From: Candidatus Latescibacterota bacterium
Lineage (GTDB): Bacteria; Latescibacterota; UBA2968; UBA8231
Reading direction: 5' to 3'
NCBI GenBank assembly: GCA_963422735.1
Contig: OY730476.1
Coordinates: 1,664,001 to 1,728,000 of the forward strand
DNA: 64,000 nt
The notes beneath the pieces are model-generated. The model saw only the letters and a program-made list of their open reading frames with translations, searched no databases and was not told where the DNA came from. Made by a program: the position numbers and the translations under genes. Positions 1 through 9,717 of the stretch are shown one piece after another. Position 1 is the first letter of the stretch. Each line of letters begins with the position of its first letter.

Positions 1-479
1 TCCTCGTACGAGAGCCCGTTCAGATCGCGGAGGAGTACGGCAGCGCGAAATTCTGTGGGCAGGTCCTCGATAGCATGGACGACGAGGGACTTGACGCGAT
101 TGCCGTCGGTCTGTTCGCCGGGGAGTGGGTCCTTGGCCATCGGTTCGTAAAAGGCGGCAGGCTGTTCGTCTTCACTCGGGCTGATCGGGATACAATGCCA
201 GCGCTTGCGGCGGCGCAATTCGGTCTTGGCTAGGTTGCCGGCAATGGTGTAGAGCCAAGTGGAAACCTGTTCGATGGCTGGGTACTGGTGACTGTGGCGC
301 AGGCAGCGGAGAAAAGTCTCTTGGACGATGTCCTCGGCCGTTTCCCTGTCGCCGACAAAGCGATAGACGAAGTTGTACAGTAGGGTGCGGTAGCGTTTGA
401 CCAGCACGCCGAGGTGCCCTTGGTCCTCGGCGGCCCGCAGCAAGATTTCTCTATCCGTGAGTGCATTCATCGCTTCCAT
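1..479 (-). CDS. ECF (sigma-70 group 4) RNA polymerase sigma factor; 3' end runs off the window
   Basis: Not in the ORF track. Translated by hand from ATG 479: MEAMNALTDREILL...LYNFVYRFVGDRETAEDIVQETFLR...STWLYTIAGNLAKTELRRRKR...LPTEFRAAVLLRDLNGLSYEE (regions 2 and 4). AAGGAG RBS upstream. Confidence 0.92.
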   Translation of the reverse strand, partial: MEAMNALTDREILLRAAEDQGHLGVLVKRYRTLLYNFVYRFVGDRETAEDIVQETFLRCLRHSHQYPAIEQVSTWLYTIAGNLAKTELRRRKRWHCIPISPSEDEQPAAFYEPMAKDPLPGEQTDGNRVKSLVVHAIEDLPTEFRAAVLLRDLNGLSYE

Positions 480-556
480 GGTTGTGCTCCTTTCAGGTGA
501 AGTGCGTCGCTCGCTGAAGGCAAGATGACGCAACTCAAGTACTATGCGTAATAAAA

Positions 557-572
557 AGCAATAATCGTGCCA
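557..572 (-). promoter_or_regulatory. sigma54 (-24/-12) promoter upstream of the ECF sigma gene
   Basis: Minus strand reads TGGCACGATTATTGCT, matching TGGCAC-N5-TTGCW, about 80 nt upstream of the start codon. Confidence 0.85.
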
Positions 573-766
573 TTCCTCACGAAGGTAAAAATGCGCCCCT
601 TGTCGCCCGTTTTTAGGGGTTATTGGTAACAAAAAGCCGAATGTAGCACTCAGATATTTGAGTATCCTCAGATTTCTGAGGCGCGTCTTTTGACAGGTAC
701 AGGGGCAAGCGGTAGATTTCGCACCGGTAAATTCGCGTAGTCTCTGAATGAAGATGGAGTGTACTC

Positions 767-1384
767 GTGCAAGAGTTGGCCACGCGCTTGGAGGCATTGT
801 GCCAAGCCAAGGAAGCAGAGAAATTCTCGGCTGAAGAAATAGTCGAGCTGTTGGCAGATGGCGAAGAGGTAGATTGGATCGTCGATCAAGTGCTGCCGGC
901 AGCGGCTGAGGCCGATCGCATCGAAATGGGCCAAGTACTGGCCGAAATCGCCGATGCGGTGGCACCTGCTCCCGCCGCGGAGACAGGCGGCGAAGACCCT
1001 GTCGCGGTGGAGGAGTTGGACTTGGCCCAACTCCAGCAGGCCCTGCCACCTAGGGTTGGCGTGCAGCAGATCGAGGAAATGCTGCGCTCACCACAGGGGG
1101 CCATGCTGGCCGATTTTAGCGCCTTTTGCCAAGAGCGTGGGTTCGAGGGCGAACTGGGTGAAGCGGAGATGAGCGAGGCCATGAGGGAATTGCACGAGGA
1201 GTGGTTGCAGACGCCGCGGCCCGCGCTAGAAGGCAAAAAACCGGCCGCCGTGCTGGAGGGTGGTCGGCTCTTTCCCGGCAAGGTAGAGACCTTCCGCCGC
1301 GAAGCCCCCAAGATCGGCCGCAATGACCCGTGCCCCTGTGGCAGCGGCAAGAAGTTCAAAAGATGCTGCGGCAAGGCGGCTTGA
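767..1384 (+). CDS. SEC-C metal-binding domain protein
   Basis: C-terminal [21 protein letters not shown] motif; acidic N-terminal region. Confidence 0.85.
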   Translation: MQELATRLEALCQAKEAEKFSAEEIVELLADGEEVDWIVDQVLPAAAEADRIEMGQVLAEIADAVAPAPAAETGGEDPVAVEELDLAQLQQALPPRVGVQQIEEMLRSPQGAMLADFSAFCQERGFEGELGEAEMSEAMRELHEEWLQTPRPALEGKKPAAVLEGGRLFPGKVETFRREAPKIGRNDPCPCGSGKKFKRCCGKAA

Positions 1385-1385
1385 G

Positions 1386-1928
1386 ATGGCCGAGATTTGC
1401 CCCTCTACGGCCATTGAAGGTGTCTATATCGCCGAGCTACAGTCGCACGGTGACGAGCGAGGCCGCTTTACCGAAATCTATCGCAAGGAGTGGTTCCCTC
1501 AACGCGGCTGGGACGCCTTGCAGTGGAGCCGCTCGGAATCGCAACAGGGGGTGCTGCGCGGCCTGCACTATCACCACCGCCAAGTTGACTACTGGCACTG
1601 CGGCATGGGCACGCTGCGCGTCGGGCTGCTCGATTTGCGCCGCAGTTCGTCTACTCGCGGGCAGGGGCAGGTCATCGAATTAGATCAAGAGGTATTGCAG
1701 GGCGTCTTTATTCCGGTGGGGGTCGCGCATGGCTTTTACGCAGTCACCGACGCGATGCTTTTCTACTTGGTCGATTCCTACTACGACGGCACGGACGAGT
1801 GGGGCGTGGCTTGGGACGATCCCGATGGGGGGTTGGACTGGGGCATTGAGGGGGTGCCGATTCTCTCGCCGCGAGACCAAAATAACCCGCGGTTACGAGA
1901 CATTCCCACCGAGGAGCTACCGGGCTAG
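1386..1928 (+). CDS. rfbC: dTDP-4-dehydrorhamnose 3,5-epimerase family protein
   Basis: DERGRFTE, GVLRGLHYH, FIPVGVAHGF and WDDP motifs; ATG 1386 directly follows the previous stop. Confidence 0.9.
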   Translation: MAEICPSTAIEGVYIAELQSHGDERGRFTEIYRKEWFPQRGWDALQWSRSESQQGVLRGLHYHHRQVDYWHCGMGTLRVGLLDLRRSSSTRGQGQVIELDQEVLQGVFIPVGVAHGFYAVTDAMLFYLVDSYYDGTDEWGVAWDDPDGGLDWGIEGVPILSPRDQNNPRLRDIPTEELPG

Positions 1929-1996
1929 GATACGTTGTTCGGCAGCCGAGGTACTGGAACCCTTGTTGTAAGTTGCGTAGAAATTCATCCTGCTCA

Positions 1997-2284
1997 ATTG
2001 GTTTCGATGCTCCCCGTACCCGATGCGTCATAATCGCTCGTCCTACTACTTCGCTCGTGCTCTACTCGCAAATGGCGGGACGGGCGATGCGCGGTCCTAG
2101 GGCCGGTGGAAATTCAAAAGCTGAGATACTCACCGTTGCCAACACAAACCTTCCGGGGTTTGGGTCTGTGACTGATGCCTTCACAAATTGGGAGGACCTA
2201 TGGACGACCGACTCGCCGAACTATGAAGATGCTAACCGCAGCTTATTTCCGAGTAATTTCACCATTAGAGGAGTTGCCAGCTAA
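1997..2284 (+). pseudogene. C-terminal remnant of a superfamily II (DEAD/DEAH-like) helicase
   Basis: GFDAP (motif V) and LYSQMAGRAMRG (motif VI) with no Walker A/B; lower GC than neighbours. Confidence 0.75.
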
Positions 2285-3147
2285 TGGAATTTGATTTGCT
2301 AAAAGCTCTCTTAGACACGCAAGCACTACGCCTTGCCCCACCGGGCGAGGTGTTTTGGTACACGTCGGGCACGGTAGGCCCCTATTACATCAATACCGAA
2401 TATCTCTATGGCGGGCTGGAGCAGGCACAGCAACTCCTCGCCTTCATCGACGGGCACAAAGAGGACGCGGACTTCGCGCAGCGTTTGCAGGAGCGCGTGC
2501 AGAAGCAATGCGCGGAAGATGCCGTGTATCGCCAGGTCGTCGATGGATTGGTCGCGCTGGCGCGAGAAAGCGGCGCACAGTTTAACGGCGTATCCGGCGG
2601 CGAGCGACGAGACTGGTTCTTTTCTCTCGCAGTAGCCGAGCGGTTGGGGAAGCCATCGCTGTTGATTTACAAGGATGGCCGCACTGTGGTGTTGGATGGC
2701 CAAAAGCTGCGAACAGTACGGGCAAACGACATGGACGTACTGCACGTGGCCGACTTGGTGACCGAGGCGTCGAGTTACGTGCGCGATTGGATCCCGGCCG
2801 TGGCCGCAGGCGGGGGGCAGATAGCGTATGCGGCCAACGTCATCGACCGGGGCCAAGGCGGCCTTGAGACGCTCAACGAGCAGAGCATTGCGGCCGGGGC
2901 GCTCATGCGGATCGACGACGCCTTGTTTGGCCGCCTGCACGCGATGGGGCAGATCGACGAGGAGCGCTATGCCTTGCTCACCCGTTATCACCGCGATCCG
3001 CACGCGGCCATGCGAGCCTTTCTGCAGGAGCATCCCCAAATTGTACGAGCGGCCTTCAACGGGGGCGACGCAAGAGCCGCGGCGCGTGCGCGCCTATTGG
3101 TTGCAGAAAATCCCTACGCGCTCAACGAGGCGCTCTGGCGGGATTGA
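2284..3147 (+). CDS. orotate phosphoribosyltransferase-like protein (type I PRTase)
   Basis: FWYTSGTVGPYYIN, the PRPP-loop-like LHVADLVTEASS, and VIDRGQGG. Confidence 0.7.
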   Translation: MEFDLLKALLDTQALRLAPPGEVFWYTSGTVGPYYINTEYLYGGLEQAQQLLAFIDGHKEDADFAQRLQERVQKQCAEDAVYRQVVDGLVALARESGAQFNGVSGGERRDWFFSLAVAERLGKPSLLIYKDGRTVVLDGQKLRTVRANDMDVLHVADLVTEASSYVRDWIPAVAAGGGQIAYAANVIDRGQGGLETLNEQSIAAGALMRIDDALFGRLHAMGQIDEERYALLTRYHRDPHAAMRAFLQEHPQIVRAAFNGGDARAAARARLLVAENPYALNEALWRD

Positions 3148-3148
3148 T

Positions 3149-6100
3149 CTAGCCAGCCGCGGCTTCCAATTCCTCTCCCTCAACCCGCACCGAAACGAGC
3201 TGAGAAACCCCTTCCTCGGGCATGGTGACGCCGTGTAGAGCGTCGGCCTCCGCCATGGTGATCTTATTGTGCGTCACGACGACGAATTGCGTCTCTCTGG
3301 CAAATTCCTTGAGTACGCGCACAAAGCGGTTGATGTTGGCGTCGTCAAGCGGGGCATCAACCTCGTCGAGGATGCAGAACGGGCTGGGCTTGACCTGGTA
3401 GATGGCAAAAAGGAGCGCGATGGCCGTCAGCGCCCGCTCGCCGCCCGATAGCAAGGCGATATTTTGCAGGCGCTTGCCGCGAGGGCGGGCGATGATGTCG
3501 ATATGGGCCTCTAGGGCGTCGACGTTTTCCTCGAGGCGGAGGTCGGCTTCGCCTCCGGGGAAGAAGTGGACAAAGGTCTCTTTGAATTTCTCGCGGATTT
3601 GCTCGAAAGATTTGAGGAACATCCGCCGGGCCGTGCGGTCGATAAGGCCGAGGGTCTTCTGTAGATCCGCGGCGGCTATCACTAGATCGTCGCGCTGTTG
3701 GCGGAGAAAGTCGTAGCGCTCTTTTTGTTCCTGATGTTCTTCCAATACGCCTAGGTGTACCGAGCCCAAGCGGTGTAGGGACTGACGCAGTTGGTCAATG
3801 CGCTGTTGCGTGGCTTCCTCGTCGATGGCTTCGTTGAGGGGGCCCATGGCCGCAACATCGCAGTGATACTCCTCCTGCAAGCGCGTGCGAATCTGCTGGG
3901 TCTGTAGCTGCAGCTCGGAGATGCGCACTTCGAGAGTCGTGCGGCGCTCGCGCTGGTCGTTGAGCTGCCGCTGCAAGTGGCTAATGTTTTCCTGCAACTC
4001 GCGGTTTTGGGTATTGGCTGCGGCCCAATGCTGGCGGCGCTGGTTTTGCTCCGCGGCCAAGGTCTCGCGGCCTTGGTGCAGCCCCTTGAGCTCGTCTGCC
4101 AAGGCGGTGCTGCGCGCACTGCACTCGGCCTGTTGGCACTCAGCCTCGGCCCCTTCAGCCGCTAGGCGCTCGATGTTATTGTTTAGGTTTGCGTCAATGT
4201 TTTTTAAACGATTGGCGTCTCGCTCTAGTCCTTGGACTATTTCGGCGGTGCGGGCGTGATCCACCTGGAGGGTGCCCAGTGCCTCGCGCTGCTCGCGCCG
4301 ATGGGTTTCGCTCTTTTTGAGGTTCTTTTCCAAGGCACTGCTTTCCTCGCTGAGGCGGGTGCTCTCGGCCTCGTTGTGGCGCAGGTACTCGGCTTGTTCG
4401 GCGATGCTTTGGTCGAGGGCCTGGCGGCGCTTGGCCAAGCTGGTGCTTTCGCTGTGGAGTTGCTTTAGGCGTGCTGCGAGCCGTTCGGCGTCAGCGCGTG
4501 CGCGTTGGTGCTGGTGGACCTGCTCGCGCTCCTTGGCGCGCCAAGTTTCGCTCTCGGCGGCTAGGCCCTCTAGGCGTTGTGTGAGCGCGGCGAGTTGCGC
4601 GGCGAGTGCGTCGAGCCGGGGGACGAGGGCTGTGCAGCGAGCGTTTTGGTGGGCGACGAGCGAGCGCAGGGTGCGGATTTCCCGCCTGCGGCCGAGGACT
4701 CCCGAGTCCTCGAATTGGCTCTGGCCGCCCGACGCGAGGCCAAAGAGATCGACAGCGTCGCCGTCGGGCGTGACACAGCGCACGTAGGCGCTCGGATAGC
4801 GGCGCGTCAGGGCCAACGCGGTTTGCAGGTCGTCCACTAGAAAGGTATTGTGCAAAAGGCCGGCAATCAGAGGGGCGATGGAGGCTTCGGGCCGCACGTA
4901 GTCCAGCAGCCGGCCGCGCAGCCTAGGCATGGGATCTGGGTCTAAGACCGGGCCGAGGGGGCGAGGAGGTGCCTCTAGCGAGAGAATGCCGACGCGCCCG
5001 GAACGCGCCCGGAGATGGGCAATGCCTTTGAGCAGGCCGCTGTCCGAGTGAGCGATCAATGCTTGGAGCGACTCGCCGAGGGCGACCTCGACCGCACGGG
5101 CGTGTTCTGCTCCGACTTCGACTAGGTCGCCAAGTACGCCGCGGAAGAGGGCGGCGTGGGGCGAGTCGAGCATCAAGGTGCGGACCCCGCTCTGATAGCC
5201 TTCGTAGCCGGCGCGGACTTTTTCGAGAACTTGGAGCCGTGCTTGGTTGGCCTCTGCGAGGCGTCGGGCCGCATCGCGTTGTTCGCCGAGGTCGCGGAAG
5301 GTCTTCTCGGTTTGGTCGCGGGCGGTGAGGGCGGCGGTGCGCTGTTGCTGGCAAGTGGATAGCTGCTGCCGAGTTTCGGCGAAGGCGGCTTCGGCCGCTG
5401 CGGCCGCTTGCAGGACTTGGTCGCGCTCGGCTGAGGTCGTGTCCTCTTCGCCGCGCATGGCAACCGCGCGTTCATCGAGCGCGTCGCGCTCGGCCTGTTG
5501 GCGCTCGAGCGCACGGCTTATTTCGCCCCCTTGGCGCAGGTGCTCCATGCGCCCGCGCTGGCGTTGGTCCAGCTCGGCTTGGTAGCTGGCATATTCCTCT
5601 TCGGCTTGGGTGGTGCGCTGCCGGTGAGCCTGCAATTCTCGCTCTATTTGCACAAAGGCCGCGCTCGCTTCGTCGCGGTGCGCGGCATTGTCGCGGTGCT
5701 GCTGCTGCACAGCTTCGAGCTGGCTACTGTAATCGGCGCGTTCGCGGGCCGTGCGTTCGCGGATTTGTTCGGCCGCCTCGCGCCGCTCGCGCACGGCCAC
5801 GAAGAGCTGTTCGCGCTCGTGGATGGCCTCGATGCGGCGATTGAGTTCAAGGCCCGCTTCCTGCATAGCCTTCTCGGCCTCGGTCAGCGCGAGGCGCACC
5901 TTTTCGAGCTCGGCCTCGCGGCTGGTGAAGCGGGTATAGCCTTCTTCGGCCGCCTTGCTGAGTGCTGCGAATTCGTCTTGCAGCGGGGATATTTGGGCAC
6001 TGAGAGCGAAGAAGCGCTGGCCCCCCAAGCGCACGTCGAGTTGGTCCAACTCCTCTTTGAGTTCGCGGTATCGGCGCGCCCGGCCAACTTGGCGGCCGAG

Positions 6101-6712
6101 ATAGTCAACTTGGCGTTTGACCTCGGCGATGATGTCTTCAATCCGCTGTAGATCGGCTTGGGTGGCCTCTAGGCGGTTTTTCGTGGAGCGCCGCCGAACT
6201 TTGTACTTGGTGATACCGGCGGCCTCTTCGAGGATGCGGCGGCGGTTTTCGGTCTTATCGCTGATGATTTCATCGACCATGCCCTGCTCCATTACCGCAT
6301 AAGCACCTTGGCCGAGGCCAGTATCCATGAGCAGGTTGGTGATGTCCAAGAGGCGGCAGGGGATCTTGTTGAGGAGATAGTCGCTTTCGCCGGAGCGGAA
6401 GAGGCGCCGGGTCAGCACGACCTCGGCGAATTCGACGGGTAGGGCATTATCGCGGTTTTCAATCGATAGCGCGACTTCGGCCATCCCGAGGGCCTTGCGT
6501 TGGCGGGTGCCAGCAAAGATCACGTCCTCCATGCGCTGGCTGCGGAAGGTGCCGGCGCGCTGTTCGCCCAAAACCCAGCGAATGGCCTCCACTACGTTGG
6601 ACTTGCCGCAGCCGTTGGGGCCGACGATGGCCGTAATGCCCGGCTCGAAGGGAATGACGATCTTTTGGGCGAAGGACTTAAAACCGAAAATCTCGAGTTG
6701 ATTGAGGCGCAC
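3149..6712 (-). CDS. smc: chromosome segregation protein SMC
   Basis: GFKSF, GPNGCGKSN Walker A, coiled coils and hinge, LSGGE, LDEVDAPLD. Confidence 0.98.
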   Translation of the reverse strand: MRLNQLEIFGFKSFAQKIVIPFEPGITAIVGPNGCGKSNVVEAIRWVLGEQRAGTFRSQRMEDVIFAGTRQRKALGMAEVALSIENRDNALPVEFAEVVLTRRLFRSGESDYLLNKIPCRLLDITNLLMDTGLGQGAYAVMEQGMVDEIISDKTENRRRILEEAAGITKYKVRRRSTKNRLEATQADLQRIEDIIAEVKRQVDYLGRQVGRARRYRELKEELDQLDVRLGGQRFFALSAQISPLQDEFAALSKAAEEGYTRFTSREAELEKVRLALTEAEKAMQEAGLELNRRIEAIHEREQLFVAVRERREAAEQIRERTARERADYSSQLEAVQQQHRDNAAHRDEASAAFVQIERELQAHRQRTTQAEEEYASYQAELDQRQRGRMEHLRQGGEISRALERQQAERDALDERAVAMRGEEDTTSAERDQVLQAAAAAEAAFAETRQQLSTCQQQRTAALTARDQTEKTFRDLGEQRDAARRLAEANQARLQVLEKVRAGYEGYQSGVRTLMLDSPHAALFRGVLGDLVEVGAEHARAVEVALGESLQALIAHSDSGLLKGIAHLRARSGRVGILSLEAPPRPLGPVLDPDPMPRLRGRLLDYVRPEASIAPLIAGLLHNTFLVDDLQTALALTRRYPSAYVRCVTPDGDAVDLFGLASGGQSQFEDSGVLGRRREIRTLRSLVAHQNARCTALVPRLDALAAQLAALTQRLEGLAAESETWRAKEREQVHQHQRARADAERLAARLKQLHSESTSLAKRRQALDQSIAEQAEYLRHNEAESTRLSEESSALEKNLKKSETHRREQREALGTLQVDHARTAEIVQGLERDANRLKNIDANLNNNIERLAAEGAEAECQQAECSARSTALADELKGLHQGRETLAAEQNQRRQHWAAANTQNRELQENISHLQRQLNDQRERRTTLEVRISELQLQTQQIRTRLQEEYHCDVAAMGPLNEAIDEEATQQRIDQLRQSLHRLGSVHLGVLEEHQEQKERYDFLRQQRDDLVIAAADLQKTLGLIDRTARRMFLKSFEQIREKFKETFVHFFPGGEADLRLEENVDALEAHIDIIARPRGKRLQNIALLSGGERALTAIALLFAIYQVKPSPFCILDEVDAPLDDANINRFVRVLKEFARETQFVVVTHNKITMAEADALHGVTMPEEGVSQLVSVRVEGEELEAAAG

Positions 6713-6862
6713 GATATAGCTCCTGCCGGGCGCTGAGGAGGGGGCGCTCCGCTGGGGGAGAGGGAGAGGGGCGGCGATGCTAGGGGAGCGGAAGACGGCC
6801 TAGGGGAAAGCCATCTTTTAAGTACTCAAAAACGAGAAACGCTGTCAAGGTACGCGCCGCTA

Positions 6863-7357
6863 TTAGAAGTCCAGTGCCGAGCCATCGACCGTAGCTGGAT
6901 CGTCTTCCTTGCCCATGGCGATGATGTGCTCGGCGGCGATCTCTTGGCGGCCCGCGTACCCGGCGTCTAGTTCGTGCCAATAGGCGACTCGGGGTTCGCC
7001 GCGCTGCCAGCACAACAGCACCCAGCGACCTTGGTACGTCGTGGGGAAGTCGAGGAGGCCGCGTTCGAGGCCGCCAACCGGGAAGCGGATGCCCTCGGCG
7101 ATAATTTCCTCGGCGACGATGTGTTTGATATCGATGATTAGATCGTTGATGCGCTGGCGGTGCTGGTCGAAGGCATCGTGGTCGGGGTTGGTGCTGCCGG
7201 CGATCGCTTGGCCCCAGAGCGCGTCGAGAATTTGCAACTGTTGGTCGTGGTAGCGGACGGCTCCCTTTTTGACCTCTATGCGCTGGAGAACGTCCTCTAA
7301 CTGAGGCAGCTTGGCGTTGGCCTCTTCAATGGTAAATGCCTTGCGCGTCATGGGCAA
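6863..7357 (-). CDS. DUF2203 domain protein
   Basis: FTIEEANAKLP at the N-terminus; GLLDFP...LCWQRGE...WHELDAGYAGR. Confidence 0.85.
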   Translation of the reverse strand: MPMTRKAFTIEEANAKLPQLEDVLQRIEVKKGAVRYHDQQLQILDALWGQAIAGSTNPDHDAFDQHRQRINDLIIDIKHIVAEEIIAEGIRFPVGGLERGLLDFPTTYQGRWVLLCWQRGEPRVAYWHELDAGYAGRQEIAAEHIIAMGKEDDPATVDGSALDF

Positions 7358-7439
7358 AGTATAGGCATTGAGGCGCCGCGCTACAAGCCCTTGCGCTACC
7401 TTTGGCCATGCGTGATATTTAACCCTGTTTTGCGAAATA

Positions 7440-7472
7440 GAAGGGGTCGGCGCAGCCAGCCCCGTCTTTTTT
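7440..7472 (+). terminator. intrinsic-terminator-like hairpin in the gatC-pyrG leader
   Basis: GGGGTCGGC-GCA-GCCAGCCCC followed by GTCTTTTTT. Confidence 0.5.
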
Positions 7473-7575
7473 ATTTAACTGATATTACGCAGTGCTTGGT
7501 CGCGGACGCTGCGGCAAAATCACACATTTTGCGGCAAACTGCGTAACATCATTTAGTTAAGTTCAAAGTTTACCT

Positions 7576-7863
7576 ATGGCAGTTACTACAGAAGAGGTCC
7601 ACGGGGTCGCCGAGTTGGCTCGGTTGCGCTTTTCACCAGCAGAGGAGGAAAGGCTGGCCGGGGAACTCAACCACATCTTGCGGTACATGGACAAGCTCAA
7701 CGAGCTAGACACCACTGGCGTAGAGCCAACGTCCCACGTGCTGCCTCTCGCCAACGCGTTTCGCCGCGACGAGGCAACGCCCTTTCCCGCGACGGCCGAG
7801 ATCGCAGCGGTGGCTCCACAGTGCCAAGAGGATTACTTCAAGGTTCCGAGGATCATCGATTGA
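7576..7863 (+). CDS. gatC: Asp/Glu-tRNA amidotransferase subunit C
   Basis: VAELARL, LNELDTTGVEPTSH, YFKVPRII; 95 aa. Confidence 0.95.
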   Translation: MAVTTEEVHGVAELARLRFSPAEEERLAGELNHILRYMDKLNELDTTGVEPTSHVLPLANAFRRDEATPFPATAEIAAVAPQCQEDYFKVPRIID

Positions 7864-7929
7864 ATAGAGAAGCGGAGGCAGGGCACTGTCGCCGCTTCTT
7901 TGTTTGGGCAGCACGGAGGAGCGCGCAAC

Positions 7930-9717
7930 GTGGTCAGAGACTACAAAGGCCCCAAATATGTCGTCGTGACCGGCGGCGTGATAAGCGGCGTGGGCAAGGG
8001 CTTGACCACAGCTTCCATCGGCAAGATCCTGCAGCAATACGGCTACAGTACCACAGCCATCAAGATTGACCCGTATATCAACTACGACGCCGGCACCATG
8101 CGGCCCACCGAGCACGGCGAGGTGTGGGTGACGGACGACGGCGGCGAAATAGATCAGGATTTGGGCAACTACGAGCGCTTCTTGGGGTTGGATCTGCCGC
8201 GTTCCAACAACCTGACCACCGGGCAGATTTACCTCACGGTCATCGAGCGCGAGCGCCGCGGCGAGTACCTCGGAGAGACCGTGCAGCCGATCCCCCATAT
8301 TACGGATGAGATCACCCGCCGCTTGCAGGAAGCGGGCGCGGGCTACGACATCGTGTTGGTCGAGATTGGCGGCATTGTCGGCGACTACGAAAACGAGCCA
8401 TTCCTCTTCGCCGTGAAGACCTTGGAGCGCGACTTGGGCAAGGAGCACTTTGCCCACGCGCTGATCACCTATCTTCCAATACCGCCGCACGTGGGCGAGA
8501 TGAAGACCAAGCCCACGCAGCAGGCTATTCGCATGCTCAGCGAGCACGGCATTTTCCCCGACTTCATCGTCTGTCGCGCCGAGACCGCCACCGACGAGGT
8601 GCGCAAGAAAAAGATCCAAATCGGCGCCAACGTGCCCAACGACCACATCATTTCGGCCCCGGACTCGGAGACGATCTACAACATCCCGCTAGTTTTGGAA
8701 GAAGAGGGGTTCGGCGCGAAGATCCTCAGTAGGATCGGCTGCGCACCCAAGAAAACCCCGGACTGGCGGCCTTGGCGGGAATTAGTCAAGCGCAGCCGGC
8801 ATCCGAGCCGGTGCGTCCGCGTGGCCATGGTCGGCAAATACGTGGTCACGGGCGATTTTCAGCTCACGGACTCATACATCTCAGTCAACCAATCGCTGAT
8901 GCACGCCGGCGTAGCGTCGGATGCGCGGGTCGAGATCACTTGGATTGACGGCCACCAGTTCGAGCGCGGCGAAATGAAACTGGCCGCGCTCGACGCATTC
9001 GACGGCATTATCGTCCCCGGGGCCTTTGGCGCGGGAGGGGCCGAAGGCGTGATTATGGCCATTCGCTACGCCCGCGAGCACAACATCCCCTATTTGGGCC
9101 TGTGCTACGGCTTGCAACTCGCCGTAATCGAATACGCCCGCAATGTCGCCGGGATCGCCGAGGCCACCTCTGAGGAGTTCGACGCGAATTCCGAGTGGAA
9201 GATCGTCAGTGTCCAAGACACTCAGAAGAGTGCGCTAGAGCAAAGGTGCTACGGCAGCAGCATGCGATTGGGTGCGTACGCCGCGGTATTCAAAAACGAC
9301 AGCCGCGTCCTCCAGATCTACGAGGCGTCGGGCCGTCTTGACGAAGATGCCCGTCGCATCGAGCAACTGCTGGCCAATCCCGACCAAGCCTTCCGCGTTG
9401 GTTTGGTCATGCTGGAGCGCGACAAGGTCGCCCTAGAACGCCACCGCCATCGCTATGAGGTCTCGCCCCGCTTCGTCGAGCTACTCGAGGAGGAGGGGCT
9501 GGTCTTTTCGGGTTATCACCGCCGCGTTGACGGTGCCCGCTTGATGGAGTTTATCGAGTTGCCGGATCACCGCTTCTTCATCGCCACCCAAGCCCATCCC
9601 GAGTTCAAGTCGCGGATGGACAATCCCTCACCCTTGTTTGCCGGGTTTGTCGAGGCCGCGCTAGCCTACCAGCAGGAGGTTGCAAGCCATGAGGAGAGGC
9701 AGGCGGCGGCCTCCTAG
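7930..9717 (+). CDS. pyrG: CTP synthase
   Basis: VTGGVISGVGKG, KIDPYINYDAGTM, KTKPTQ, GLCYG, ERHRHRYE, HPEFKS; GGAGG RBS before GTG 7930. Confidence 0.97.
   Translation: MVRDYKGPKYVVVTGGVISGVGKGLTTASIGKILQQYGYSTTAIKIDPYINYDAGTMRPTEHGEVWVTDDGGEIDQDLGNYERFLGLDLPRSNNLTTGQIYLTVIERERRGEYLGETVQPIPHITDEITRRLQEAGAGYDIVLVEIGGIVGDYENEPFLFAVKTLERDLGKEHFAHALITYLPIPPHVGEMKTKPTQQAIRMLSEHGIFPDFIVCRAETATDEVRKKKIQIGANVPNDHIISAPDSETIYNIPLVLEEEGFGAKILSRIGCAPKKTPDWRPWRELVKRSRHPSRCVRVAMVGKYVVTGDFQLTDSYISVNQSLMHAGVASDARVEITWIDGHQFERGEMKLAALDAFDGIIVPGAFGAGGAEGVIMAIRYAREHNIPYLGLCYGLQLAVIEYARNVAGIAEATSEEFDANSEWKIVSVQDTQKSALEQRCYGSSMRLGAYAAVFKNDSRVLQIYEASGRLDEDARRIEQLLANPDQAFRVGLVMLERDKVALERHRHRYEVSPRFVELLEEEGLVFSGYHRRVDGARLMEFIELPDHRFFIATQAHPEFKSRMDNPSPLFAGFVEAALAYQQEVASHEERQAAAS

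Noticed and set aside
230-466. 78-aa ORF in the track
   Set aside because: Off-frame shadow of the ECF sigma gene that starts at 479.
7705-8646. Long antisense ORFs (also 36225..37238, 61442..62377 and others)
   Set aside because: Typical GC-rich shadow frames opposite well-supported genes.
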